This document shows, in pieces, positions 1 through 9,446 of a stretch of DNA of 62,099 bases. The DNA is from Bdellovibrionales bacterium (lineage in GTDB: Bacteria > Bdellovibrionota > Bdellovibrionia > Bdellovibrionales > Bdellovibrionaceae). A program made the translations under genes and the position numbers. How positions within the stretch are numbered: position 1 is the stretch's first letter; every line of letters begins with the position of its first letter. The notes under the pieces are model-generated. The model was given only the letters and a program-made list of their open reading frames with translations. It was not told where the DNA came from and did not search any database. The stretch covers positions 1-62,099 of the forward strand of contig JANMPT010000094.1 of the NCBI GenBank assembly GCA_031370005.1. Direction: 5' to 3'.

Positions 1-478
1 GGGAATGATCAGGGTTGGCCGGACTGACTGCGAAGTATTTATACGCATTAGTGACTAGCGAGGGGACTAACTTTTGAATCGCGCCCCACGCAAAATGGTA
101 GTAATCTAATCCTAATCTGAATTTGGGTTTAATTGTTTCAGATTGAATTAAAAATTCCCCGATAGTCATAACACCTTTGGATTTTTTTTCTATGAGTTTT
201 AAAGATTCAGGACTCAGGCCGCTGAGACGGAGCTCTTCTGCGAGCCCCACTTTTCTGAACCAATTACCAGTATCAGATTGTAGAAATAAGTTATAGGCGG
301 CAGCATCTTGTTGTGTCTGTGAGAATAAACTCGAGCAGATATTTGAAGATGCTGTTGCTGGTACTGCCAGGGCCAAAGTCAAAGAGAGCCATAAGACGCT
401 TTTTGACAGCAATATTGTCACCGCAGTGACTAATTTTTCGACAGTTTTGGCGATAAAATGGTGTCCCTCTCTATGCAT
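1..478 (-). CDS. Secreted hypothetical protein, partial (runs off the window start; not in the ORF track)
   Basis: Minus-strand frame is open from ATG 478 (alternatives GTG 421, TTG 412) to position 1, checked codon by codon. It reads ...LLSKSVLWLSLTLALAVPATA-SSNICSSLFSQ...: a signal peptide followed by a CxxLF motif. Confidence 0.75.
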   Translation of the reverse strand, partial: MHREGHHFIAKTVEKLVTAVTILLSKSVLWLSLTLALAVPATASSNICSSLFSQTQQDAAAYNLFLQSDTGNWFRKVGLAEELRLSGLSPESLKLIEKKSKGVMTIGEFLIQSETIKPKFRLGLDYYHFAWGAIQKLVPSLVTNAYKYFAVSPANPDHS

Positions 479-490
479 AGCATAACTGAG

Positions 491-506
491 TGCAAAAAAG
501 TGGCCA
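491..506 (-). promoter_or_regulatory. Sigma54 (-24/-12) promoter
   Basis: Minus strand reads TGGCCACTTTTTTGCA, i.e. GG-N10-GC with TGGC and TTGCA, directly upstream of the partial CDS. Confidence 0.65.
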
Positions 507-811
507 GCGTTGGCCTGGTGATTGTATAGTTTTTAGCTTATGCAGACATCTGAAGACAGATTTAGAAATATTAAAAAATTGCACCAAAAAAAATGGTCTT
601 CAAGGCGTTGCTGCTGTTTCAGGTTACAAAATAAAGCTCGAACACGATGAGGATTTGAAAAATAAAACGTACGCGTAGGTTCATAACTTTCGTGAGCTAG
701 CCGAGGTCGGGCTCCGCAATCAAAATAGTCAGCGTGTCCCAGTTCTTTCAGTATGCCAGTAACATTATCGGGTTCCGTCTCGTGAGAACATACCCATAGC
801 CCTTAACATTT

Positions 812-2839
812 TCAGTTCTCGGGTTCTGTACACTTCAAAAGCTGTTGGTACAAATAAATAAACACGTAGGCCGAAACACGGGCCTGATCCTCAAGGTCCA
901 CTCCCCCGATGCCATGTCCTCCATCGGCGGCTTCATAAAACAGAACATCGTGGCCGTATTCCTTCATTCGGGCCGCCATTTTTCTTGCATGCCCAGGGTG
1001 AACTCGATCATCCGCCTGGGTCGTCTGAAAGAAGAATTTTGGATAAATTTTATTTTTTGAAATATTCTGATAAGGCGAGTACTTCATAATGATCTCGTGA
1101 AACTTTAGATCATCAGGCTCCCCATACTCGCCGACCCAACTAGCACCGGGTGGAAGTTTTGTATAACGTATCATATCTAAGAGAGGAATTTGGCAAACGA
1201 CTGCATTTAGGAGCTCCGGACGCTGCATTGCCACTGCTCCGACTAGAAGCCCGCCATTGCTCCCCCCTTGGATACCTAAATACTGTGGCGACGTTATCTT
1301 GCGCGCAATGAGATCTTCTGCGATCGCTATAAAATCGTCATAGGACTTTTGCTTATTTTCTTTCATCGCGGCCTTATGCCATTCGGCTCCGAACTCTCCG
1401 CCACCACGGATATTGGCCATCACAAACACCCCGCCCTTTTCGAGCCACACCTTACCCATAACAGGATTGTAAACCGGTGTACGAGAAATCGCGAAGCCTC
1501 CATAACCATACAAGAGAGTTGGATTTGTTCCTTCATAAGCCAAGTTTTTTGCGCGGACCACCGTGTAGGGAATCTCCACTTCATCTTTACTCTTCACCCA
1601 GAACTGCTCAGTCAAATAGGAAGCTTCCTTGAAATGGGACTGAGTTTTTTTAATCTCAGAAATCGTTGCCCCCTCCCTCATCATGAAACGGCGAGGTTGA
1701 AGATAGCCTTCTTCTTGAAAAATCGCTGTATCAGTGAATTTATCGATGGTCGAAATGTAAAATGAATTTTCGGAATTAAATATTTTATCAAGCTGCCACC
1801 CATCGCGAGCGCCGAATCTGGCCTCATAGATTTGACTGCAAACATTTTCATTCACCGCCAAATAGACTCGATCCCTTGTATGGGTCAGGGATACAAAAGC
1901 AGATTTCTTATTCGGCTGAAAAAGCATTTCGATTTTCTCTGAGGCGATATCAGCATCTCCTCCCATTGACTGAGGAATTGCTAAGACGCTTCCAGCGGGA
2001 AATCCCCGCCACTCACTGCGTGCACTAAGAAAAAAACGCCCCTGATGTACGGCAAGTAAATTTGCATCATTTGGAATCTGTAGTTTCTGTAGCTTTAAGT
2101 CAGAAGACAAAATAAATGTCTCTATGAAATCGTAGTTCACATATCGATTGATGACTCCAAAGTGACGTCCTTGATCCCGAGCAGTAGTAGCCCATATAGA
2201 TACATCATCTTTTTTACCATCATATAGAAGCTGCGCACTGGCGAGAGCTTCGCCTCGCGTCCAATAGAATGCCTGGCGGGAATATCCAGAATTTGTTTTT
2301 TGATCTGCAGTGAGCGCCAGGTTCACCAGAAGATGATTTTCATCATACCAGTCGCATTGACTCTTGCTCTCTGGAATAAAGAACCCGTCTTTGATAAATT
2401 CTTTCTTAGAAAGAGAAAACTCGCGAATCTCCCTGGCATCTTGATTGTTTTTAGAGAGATGCACCAGGCAGTGGTCATAACCAGGCAGACGAGTGCAGCC
2501 ACTAAATACCCATGGCTGTGCCTCTTTTTGCGCTAGCTCATCAAAGTCGATTAATACTTCCCAAGTGGGATTCGAATTTTTATATTCTTGAGTTGTGGCT
2601 CTACGCCAAAGGCCCCGTTTATGGTTTTCGTCCTGCCATAGGTTATAAGCATAGCCTTCAAACAGGCTCACCGCCGGAATCTTGTCTTTTGCTACCAAGA
2701 TATCTAAAATCTCTTTTGAACTTTTTTGAAAGCGTGGATCGTTTTCAAAAATATTTTTTGTGATATTGCTCTGCATTTGGGCCCAGTCTATTGCCCTGGA
2801 GCCCAGCCGATCTTCCAGCCACAAATACGAGTCTTCCAT
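812..2839 (-). CDS. Prolyl oligopeptidase (peptidase S9A)
   Basis: GGSNGG nucleophile, YGYGGF, NIRGGGEFG, DDRVHP and GGHG motifs. Start placed at ATG 2839 (GAGGA upstream); the ORF is open to 2890. Confidence 0.93.
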   Translation of the reverse strand: MEDSYLWLEDRLGSRAIDWAQMQSNITKNIFENDPRFQKSSKEILDILVAKDKIPAVSLFEGYAYNLWQDENHKRGLWRRATTQEYKNSNPTWEVLIDFDELAQKEAQPWVFSGCTRLPGYDHCLVHLSKNNQDAREIREFSLSKKEFIKDGFFIPESKSQCDWYDENHLLVNLALTADQKTNSGYSRQAFYWTRGEALASAQLLYDGKKDDVSIWATTARDQGRHFGVINRYVNYDFIETFILSSDLKLQKLQIPNDANLLAVHQGRFFLSARSEWRGFPAGSVLAIPQSMGGDADIASEKIEMLFQPNKKSAFVSLTHTRDRVYLAVNENVCSQIYEARFGARDGWQLDKIFNSENSFYISTIDKFTDTAIFQEEGYLQPRRFMMREGATISEIKKTQSHFKEASYLTEQFWVKSKDEVEIPYTVVRAKNLAYEGTNPTLLYGYGGFAISRTPVYNPVMGKVWLEKGGVFVMANIRGGGEFGAEWHKAAMKENKQKSYDDFIAIAEDLIARKITSPQYLGIQGGSNGGLLVGAVAMQRPELLNAVVCQIPLLDMIRYTKLPPGASWVGEYGEPDDLKFHEIIMKYSPYQNISKNKIYPKFFFQTTQADDRVHPGHARKMAARMKEYGHDVLFYEAADGGHGIGGVDLEDQARVSAYVFIYLYQQLLKCTEPEN

Positions 2840-3000
2840 ATCATCCTCAGTCATAATAAAAGAGTGTCGAGTAAAGCATACCCGCCACATTACAGAAAGT
2901 GAAGTTCATTCAGTTTTTAGCGACCTCTCTTTGCTGTAAAAAGTTTTTGACTCAGCATCCACCTTTCGATTGAATATGAGGTCAATCGACCAAAGGATGG

Positions 3001-4005
3001 ATGATGAATAAACTGGCACTTTTGGCTTTAGTATTTATGATCTCTTGCGCGCATACTACGGCATCTAAAGCTTCAAAAATAACGGCAGTAGTACCAACTA
3101 AAAACGAGGTCAATGTCGCTTCCCCCCTTCTTCCTCGGGGCATCGATTTTGGTGCCACTATTAAGGTTGTTGCATTTAGCTCCTCTGCCAATCAGGATGT
3201 GGCACAGCCAATTTGGGCAACTATTGCTGGGAATAATCCTGATTTATTTTTATTTATGGGCGACAATGTTCAAGCCTCAAAGGCTGGTCAAAAATCACTA
3301 ACTGAGCAGTATCACAAGCTCGATCATATTTCAGGGTATCGTAGCTTTCGCGAAAAAATCCCTTTCATGGCAACATGGAATGATAAGGACTACGGACAAA
3401 AAGAATTTTTACAGTATTGGGCTTATGTTGCTAACTCTACGTCTTTCGGGCAGGAAGGCATTTATCACGCAAAAATTATTGGTCCCAAAAAAAAACAAGT
3501 GCAAATTGTGATGCTGGATACCCGGAGCTTCCGCACAAAAGCAGACGATGCGAAGGCGACACTTCTTGGCGATATACAATGGGATTGGCTTGAGGGACAA
3601 CTTAAGCGCCCCGCGCAAGTTCGAATGATTGTGTCAAGCATTCCGCTTATTGCAACTGAGCACGGCACCGATAGGTGGGCCGACTTTCCAAAGGAGCGTC
3701 AACGTTTTTTTGATCTCTTGAAAAAAACTGGGGCACGGAATGTAGTCGTTTTCAGTGGCAATCGACATCAATCATCTATTGCCAAAACTGGGGTAAAAAA
3801 TTGGGGCATTTTATTTGACATCACCGCTAGCCCAATCAATGAACCGCTCGCAGCCGCTGAGGAGGACAGCGCCTTTCAGGGCAGTGCCTACGCCGGTGAA
3901 AGCTTTGGCTTGGCCCAAATTGACTGGAGCAGTAAAAAAATAAGCCTGCAGATTCGTGATATAAACAATAAAACAGTAAACTCTGTATCATTTAAAATTA
4001 AATAA
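3001..4005 (+). CDS. PhoD-like alkaline phosphatase family lipoprotein with degenerate metal motifs
   Basis: Lipobox (ISC), PDLFLFMGDN, MLDTRSFR, LLGDIQWDWLE, WADFPKERQR, SGNRH. Confidence 0.8.
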   Translation: MMNKLALLALVFMISCAHTTASKASKITAVVPTKNEVNVASPLLPRGIDFGATIKVVAFSSSANQDVAQPIWATIAGNNPDLFLFMGDNVQASKAGQKSLTEQYHKLDHISGYRSFREKIPFMATWNDKDYGQKEFLQYWAYVANSTSFGQEGIYHAKIIGPKKKQVQIVMLDTRSFRTKADDAKATLLGDIQWDWLEGQLKRPAQVRMIVSSIPLIATEHGTDRWADFPKERQRFFDLLKKTGARNVVVFSGNRHQSSIAKTGVKNWGILFDITASPINEPLAAAEEDSAFQGSAYAGESFGLAQIDWSSKKISLQIRDINNKTVNSVSFKIK

Positions 4006-4027
4006 TTTCAATAGTTTATGATTATAT

Positions 4028-4080
4028 TTAGAATAGTTCTAATTCTCTATTGACTCATTCCATATTTAGAACTATTCTAA
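4028..4080 (+). promoter_or_regulatory. Sigma70 promoter flanked and overlapped by two Per/Fur-type 7-1-7 operators
   Basis: TTAGAATAGTTCTAA (4028-4042) and its exact reverse complement TTAGAACTATTCTAA (4066-4080). -35 TTGACT (4050-4055), 17 nt spacer, -10 TATTCT (4073-4078). Confidence 0.8.
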
Positions 4081-4111
4081 TTTCGAGTTCATAACGTGAG
4101 AGGATTTATCG

Positions 4112-4534
4112 ATGAACCACAAACTATGTTTGAGCACAGAGGAGATTCAGGCCAAGCTTCAGGCTTCTGGGGTCCAGCCGACTTTACAACGAATCGCAAT
4201 CTGCAAGTATGTTTTGTGCGAAGCTGATCATCCCAATGCGGAGCAGGTGAAGGAGTGGGCGGAAAAGAATCTCGATAAAATCAGCCAGGCCACGGTGTAC
4301 AACACTTTGAACACATTGGTGGAAGTGGGGTTGCTAAGAATCTTCAAGTTCCCGCATTCTGAAAAAGTGATCTATGACAACAACGTTCATGACCACTATC
4401 ATTTTCTTGATGAAAGCTCGGGGAATCTTTATGACATCGAAACAAAAGATGTTTCTGTGGACATGGAAGTTCCCCCAAAGTTCATTGTGAACTCTATAGA
4501 AATCGTTCTTAAAGGCCAGTTAAAGGCCACTTAA
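4112..4534 (+). CDS. perR: Fur-family peroxide regulator (PerR/Irr-like, no CxxC pairs)
   Basis: TLQRIAI, DHPNAEQV, ISQATVYNTL and HDHYHF motifs; first gene of the ahpC-ahpD operon. Confidence 0.8.
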   Translation: MNHKLCLSTEEIQAKLQASGVQPTLQRIAICKYVLCEADHPNAEQVKEWAEKNLDKISQATVYNTLNTLVEVGLLRIFKFPHSEKVIYDNNVHDHYHFLDESSGNLYDIETKDVSVDMEVPPKFIVNSIEIVLKGQLKAT

Positions 4535-4550
4535 TCACAAGGAGTATTTT

Positions 4551-5084
4551 ATGTTAGGTATTGGCGAAAAGTTCCCGGAATTTAAATTACAAGCCTGCGT
4601 TTCGCGCGAAAAAGGCAAAGAGTTTGCTGAAATTAGCAACTCAAACTTCAAAGGCTCTTGGGCCGTGATGTTTTTTTGGCCTTTGGATTTCACTTTCGTT
4701 TGTCCAACTGAAATTGCTGAGTTCAACAAAGCTCACAAAGATTTCACAAACCGTGAAACCAAATTATATGGCTTAAGCGCTGATTCTCACTTTACTCATT
4801 TGGCGTGGAGAGAGAACCATGCAGATCTTAAGGACCTTCACTTCCCAATGATTGCAGATTACAACAAAACTTTAACACAAACTTTGGGTATTGCCTCTAA
4901 AGCAAATGGAGCTCCACTTCGAGCAACTTTCATTGTAGATCCAGAAGGCGTTATCCGCTGGGTTTCTGTGAACGACCTATCAGTTGGCCGCAACGTTAAA
5001 GAAGTCATTCGCACCTTAGACGCTCTTCAAACAGACGAACTCTGCCCATGCAACTGGGAAAAAGGCCAAAAAACCTTAGGGTAA
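4551..5084 (+). CDS. ahpC: Alkyl hydroperoxide reductase C (peroxiredoxin)
   Basis: FWPLDFTFVCPTE, GRNVKEVIR, and a C-terminal ELCPCNW of the AhpD-partnered type. Confidence 0.95.
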   Translation: MLGIGEKFPEFKLQACVSREKGKEFAEISNSNFKGSWAVMFFWPLDFTFVCPTEIAEFNKAHKDFTNRETKLYGLSADSHFTHLAWRENHADLKDLHFPMIADYNKTLTQTLGIASKANGAPLRATFIVDPEGVIRWVSVNDLSVGRNVKEVIRTLDALQTDELCPCNWEKGQKTLG

Positions 5085-5117
5085 CCAGGTCGCTTTTCCG
5101 GATTAAATCAAATACTG

Positions 5118-5154
5118 AGGCTCTGAGGTTGCTTTTTGAGCAGCCTTCGGGCCT
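5118..5154 (+). terminator. Intergenic stem-loop between ahpC and ahpD (partial terminator or mRNA stabiliser)
   Basis: AGGCTCTGAGGTTGCT-TTTTG-AGCAGCCTTCGGGCCT imperfect hairpin followed by TTACTTTT. Confidence 0.5.
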
Positions 5155-5175
5155 TTACTTTAAAAGGAGTTATTT

Positions 5176-5739
5176 ATGAGCACTATTGCAGAAAAAGTCG
5201 ATGCTTTCCTTGATGGAGAATATCCAGGATCTACGAGTACAATTTATCGCGACCTCTCACTGAACTTTAAAAAGGTTTTGGAAGACTCACCACTGGAGCC
5301 TCAAGAGCGATTTACGAATCTTCTTTCAATTGCTGTTGCACTAGAAAACAAGGCGATGGTCGCTTTGGCGAAGTCAGTACTTGCTGAACTCGATACTGCA
5401 CCGGAAATTATTCAAGAGGCAGCAGAGATCGCAGGCATTATGGGAATGAATAATGTGTATTATAAGTTCAAGTCCTTTCTCTCACCAGAGTTGATTGCCG
5501 CAGATTATCCAAGAACCGGGCTTCGCATGAACTCACTTGGCAAACCCATAAGCAGTAAAAAAGATTTCGAGATGATGGCACTGTCAGTTTCAATAGTGAA
5601 TGCCTGCCCTGCATGCGTCGCTAGCCATGAAAAAGCCGTTCGCAGTCATGACGTTTCCCCAGACAAGGTTCACGATCTTGCGCGACTTGCCGCGACCGCA
5701 AAAGGCCTTACAAGTTTTAAAAAAGCCCTGACCTTATAA
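5176..5739 (+). CDS. ahpD: Alkylhydroperoxidase AhpD (CMD family)
   Basis: MGMNNVYY, GLRMN, and SIVNACPACVASHE (CxxC..H); follows ahpC. Confidence 0.92.
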   Translation: MSTIAEKVDAFLDGEYPGSTSTIYRDLSLNFKKVLEDSPLEPQERFTNLLSIAVALENKAMVALAKSVLAELDTAPEIIQEAAEIAGIMGMNNVYYKFKSFLSPELIAADYPRTGLRMNSLGKPISSKKDFEMMALSVSIVNACPACVASHEKAVRSHDVSPDKVHDLARLAATAKGLTSFKKALTL

Positions 5740-5848
5740 TTAGCATTCATGTGGAGTTCGGATCTTTAAATGAGCGCCACATTTTTTACATTGATCATAA
5801 TTTTTGCTGTGTTAGGCTATGCGAAATCATCAGCGCTAAGGGGGCACC

Positions 5849-6373
5849 ATGAACATTTTTTTGACTCGACTCGCGATCCTCTGTTCACTGTTCCCGACCT
5901 ATAATGCCTTTGCAATTGAGCTTAAAATCAATGATCCGGCCCCGCTCTTTGCTGCAAAAACACAAGAGGGAAAGGACTTTAGCCTGCAATCGCGCAAAGG
6001 TCAGTGGACTGTTTTATACTTCTACCCAAAAGCTGGGACACCAGGATGCACTAAACAGGCCTGTGCTTTTCGCGATAGTATCGAGAAAATCCGCGCCCGG
6101 GGAGCTGATGTTTTCGGAATTAGTGCAGACACAGTTGAAGAACAGGCAGCTTTTCACAAAAAACATAATTTGAGTTTTACGCTGCTGGCTGACCCAGAAG
6201 ATAAAATTATTAACACCTACGGAACCAAAGTCGCCATGCTGAAGATGTCTAAGCGTTGGACCTTTGTGATCGATCCAGATCTTAAAATTAAACTTATTGA
6301 AAAAGATGTTGATCCGGTCATCGACTCAGAAAAAATGGCAGAAAAGATTAGCCTGCTAAAATCAAAAAAATAA
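5849..6373 (+). CDS. bcp: BCP/PrxQ peroxiredoxin with signal peptide
   Basis: YFYPKAGTPGCTKQACAFRD; N-terminal signal peptide ending AFA. Confidence 0.88.
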   Translation: MNIFLTRLAILCSLFPTYNAFAIELKINDPAPLFAAKTQEGKDFSLQSRKGQWTVLYFYPKAGTPGCTKQACAFRDSIEKIRARGADVFGISADTVEEQAAFHKKHNLSFTLLADPEDKIINTYGTKVAMLKMSKRWTFVIDPDLKIKLIEKDVDPVIDSEKMAEKISLLKSKK

Positions 6374-6375
6374 AT

Positions 6376-6732
6376 TTAATTTTCCAAAAGCTCAACAGTG
6401 TGGCCATCGGGATCTTGAATGATGGCTTTTCTTCCATCAGGCATATCGGTGGGGTCTAGAATAAAGATGACCCCTGGAATTGAGATCAGCAATTCGATCT
6501 TCGATTCGAAATTATTAACCTTAAAGCCCATCATGACTTTAGGATTTCCAACCATTTGTGCTGACTTGATAGAAAGCAAGGAAAGCTCAAAGCCCTCTAG
6601 AGCGCTTCGAAAAAGATCGCCGCCATTATTGACCTTAACTTTGCTGAACTCACAGCCCAAAACCTCATAGAAACGAACCATATTCTCTAGATTTGGCGTA
6701 TTAACAGTGATAGATGTAAAAACAATCCCCAT
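6376..6732 (-). CDS. VOC/glyoxalase family protein
   Basis: NLENMVRFYEVLG at the N-terminus and QDPDGHTVEL at the C-terminus. Confidence 0.85.
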   Translation of the reverse strand: MGIVFTSITVNTPNLENMVRFYEVLGCEFSKVKVNNGGDLFRSALEGFELSLLSIKSAQMVGNPKVMMGFKVNNFESKIELLISIPGVIFILDPTDMPDGRKAIIQDPDGHTVELLEN

Positions 6733-6818
6733 TCTTCTATGCAAACTTTATTATCGAACAGTGTCAAGAGTCGTGGGTAGGGAAGCCCCTCTAAGCACAA
6801 TATCTGGACCGAGGTTTT

Positions 6819-9446
6819 ATGACGACAAAGCAAAGCCAAAAAATTTATTTAAAAGATTATACAAAACCGCTTTTTCAAGTGGACTACGTTACTCTTGACT
6901 TCAATCTCAACGAAGACTTTTGTCGAGTCCTTGCCACAAGTAAAATAAACGCTCTCTCAGCAGGAGCTCCACTTCTGCTTGATGGAGAAGATTTAGAATT
7001 GGTCTCTATTTTTCTCGATAATGAAAAGCTTCAGCCTGCTCAATACAAATTAACCTCAACAAGTCTTGAGATTCCAAATGTCCCTGCATCTTTTGAATTA
7101 AAAATCGAAACTCAAATCTATCCACAAAAAAACACCTCTCTTGAAGGTCTTTACAGATCTGGCGCCACTTTTTGTACGCAATGCGAAGCCCAGGGCTTCC
7201 GTAAAATCACTTACTTTATGGATCGCCCGGATGTCATGACAAAATATTCTGTCACAATTGAGGCTGATAAAAAGAAATATCCAGTGCTACTTTCAAATGG
7301 TGATCGCATTAAAACAGAAGATCTTGGAGATGGTCGCCACAAAGCTTTCTGGAATGATCCGCACAAAAAGCCATGTTACCTTTTTGCGCTAGTCGTCGGC
7401 GACCTTGGCGTTATACGCGATGACTTCACAACTAAATCGGGGCGCAAAGTAAATCTTGAAGTCTATGCTGCCCATGGAAAGCAAGAACGCTGCCAGCACG
7501 CGATGGAGTCTTTGAAAAAGTCAATGAAATGGGATGAAGACACTTTTGGTCTCGAGTATGATCTCAATGATTACATGATCGTGGCCATTGATGATTTCAA
7601 TGCGGGTGCCATGGAAAACAAAGGTCTTAATGTTTTCAACTCTCGCTTGGTACTTGCCGACACACATTCTGCAACGGATGCAGATTTTCATGCAATTGAA
7701 GCCGTGGTTGCCCATGAGTACTTCCATAATTGGACTGGCAACCGGGTGACTCTTTGCAATTGGTTTCAGTTAAGCCTTAAAGAGGGGCTCACTGTTTTCC
7801 GTGATCAAGAGTTTACAGCCGACATGACCTCCCGAAGCGTTCAAAGAATTTTAAGCGTAGATTCATTACGTGAGCGGCAGTTCACCGAAGATGCGGGTCC
7901 AAATTCACATCCAGTGCGCCCCGAATCCTGCATGTCTGTAGATAACTTCTTCACCGCTACGATCTATGATAAAGGTGCTGAACTTATTCGCATGATGCAA
8001 ACCATAGTGGGACGCAAAGGTTTCCGTAAAGGGATGGATGAGTACTTCCGTCGGCACGATGGGAACGCTGTAGCCATCGAGGATTTCGTAGCCGCAATTG
8101 CTGAGCCCAACGGCCAAGACTTCACTCAGTTTAAGCGCTGGTACAGTCAAGCTGGAACTCCAGAAGTAATCGTCTCTGAAAACTATGATCCAATGGCTAA
8201 GGAGTACCGCCTAACTTTGGCTCAATCCTATACTTCAGCTCCGGGACAACCTGAAAAAAAGGCCTTCCATATTCCGCTTTTAATGGGACTTCTTGATCAC
8301 GAAGGAAAGGAAATGGAGCTTCATTGTCCGAAAATTACTCGCAATAGTGATGGAAAAACTTTGATTGAGCTTCGTGAAGATGTTGAGTCCTTTATTTTTA
8401 AATTCGTATCAGCGCGCCCTGTTCTGTCGATTTTACGCGAGCTTTCAGCTCCGGTAAAATTGAAATGGGATGTGCAAATTGAAGATCTTTACTTTCTGAT
8501 GGAAAAAGATCCTGATGAGTTCAATCGTCGTGAAGCGGCTCAAAAAATCAGCTTGCGCTTGTTCGCGGATTTAATAGCTCAACACCAGGCAAAGCAAACA
8601 CTTAAAGTGGATAAAAAATTTATAGTAGCGATTGGTAAAATTCTTGCAAATGAAACACTTTCTGACTCCTTTAAGGCTCAGATATTGCAATTGCCCTCAG
8701 ATATTTTATTAGCGCAACAACAAGATACCTTAGATACCTCAGCGTTCTTTGCGGCTCGCCGCTGTCTGCGCTATGAAATTGCTCTTGCGCATGAGAAATT
8801 TTTTGCTGACATTTACACTAAGTACCATGACATGAAGCCGCTGAGCTATGGTCAAAAAGCGTTCGAACATCGATTTTTAAAAAATATTGCTCTCGGTTTC
8901 CTAACAGAACTCAAGAATGCCTCATATACTGAAATCGTAATTCAGCAATATCAAACAGCCAAAAACATGACAGATCAACTCGTCGCACTTGAACTGCTTT
9001 CAAGCGGGGAGAGTGCCTATCGGCTGAAGTCCTTAGAGGACTTCCACCAAAAATGGAGCAAGGATACCATCGTTCTTAATAAATGGTTCTCCGTCCAGGC
9101 CCTTTCGACTCGCAAAGATACTTTTGCGACAGTAAAAAGTCTGATCCAACACCCAAGCTTTAATATTAATAATCCCAATAATGTCTATGCTCTTTTACGT
9201 TCATTTACTCAAAACTATGTTGTCTTCCACAGTTTGGATACCCCGGCCTATGAGTTTTTGGCGGATATGATTTTAAAAATCGATGAGAAGAATCCTCAAG
9301 TCGCAGCCCGATTATGCGCTGCCTTTAACTTTGTAAAAAAGCTGCCACCGCAATTAAAAGAGCTTGCCATGCAACAGATTCGACGGATAGTCGCGAGCGA
9401 AAAGCTCTCAAAAAACTCGCGGGAACTTCTTCAAAGTGCTCTTTAG
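6819..9446 (+). CDS. pepN: Aminopeptidase N (M1)
   Basis: GAMENKGLN, HEYFHNW...KEG, TQCEAQGFR, C-terminal NPQVAARL. Confidence 0.97.
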   Translation: MTTKQSQKIYLKDYTKPLFQVDYVTLDFNLNEDFCRVLATSKINALSAGAPLLLDGEDLELVSIFLDNEKLQPAQYKLTSTSLEIPNVPASFELKIETQIYPQKNTSLEGLYRSGATFCTQCEAQGFRKITYFMDRPDVMTKYSVTIEADKKKYPVLLSNGDRIKTEDLGDGRHKAFWNDPHKKPCYLFALVVGDLGVIRDDFTTKSGRKVNLEVYAAHGKQERCQHAMESLKKSMKWDEDTFGLEYDLNDYMIVAIDDFNAGAMENKGLNVFNSRLVLADTHSATDADFHAIEAVVAHEYFHNWTGNRVTLCNWFQLSLKEGLTVFRDQEFTADMTSRSVQRILSVDSLRERQFTEDAGPNSHPVRPESCMSVDNFFTATIYDKGAELIRMMQTIVGRKGFRKGMDEYFRRHDGNAVAIEDFVAAIAEPNGQDFTQFKRWYSQAGTPEVIVSENYDPMAKEYRLTLAQSYTSAPGQPEKKAFHIPLLMGLLDHEGKEMELHCPKITRNSDGKTLIELREDVESFIFKFVSARPVLSILRELSAPVKLKWDVQIEDLYFLMEKDPDEFNRREAAQKISLRLFADLIAQHQAKQTLKVDKKFIVAIGKILANETLSDSFKAQILQLPSDILLAQQQDTLDTSAFFAARRCLRYEIALAHEKFFADIYTKYHDMKPLSYGQKAFEHRFLKNIALGFLTELKNASYTEIVIQQYQTAKNMTDQLVALELLSSGESAYRLKSLEDFHQKWSKDTIVLNKWFSVQALSTRKDTFATVKSLIQHPSFNINNPNNVYALLRSFTQNYVVFHSLDTPAYEFLADMILKIDEKNPQVAARLCAAFNFVKKLPPQLKELAMQQIRRIVASEKLSKNSRELLQSAL

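Noticed and set aside
138..485. Plus-strand FliA-like promoter and an ATG192 frame with one in-frame TAG (looked like readthrough or a HAD pseudogene)
   Set aside because: It is the antisense shadow of the uninterrupted minus-strand secreted-protein gene.
490..678. 62-aa ORF
   Set aside because: No RBS or motif, and it overlaps the sigma54 promoter on the other strand.
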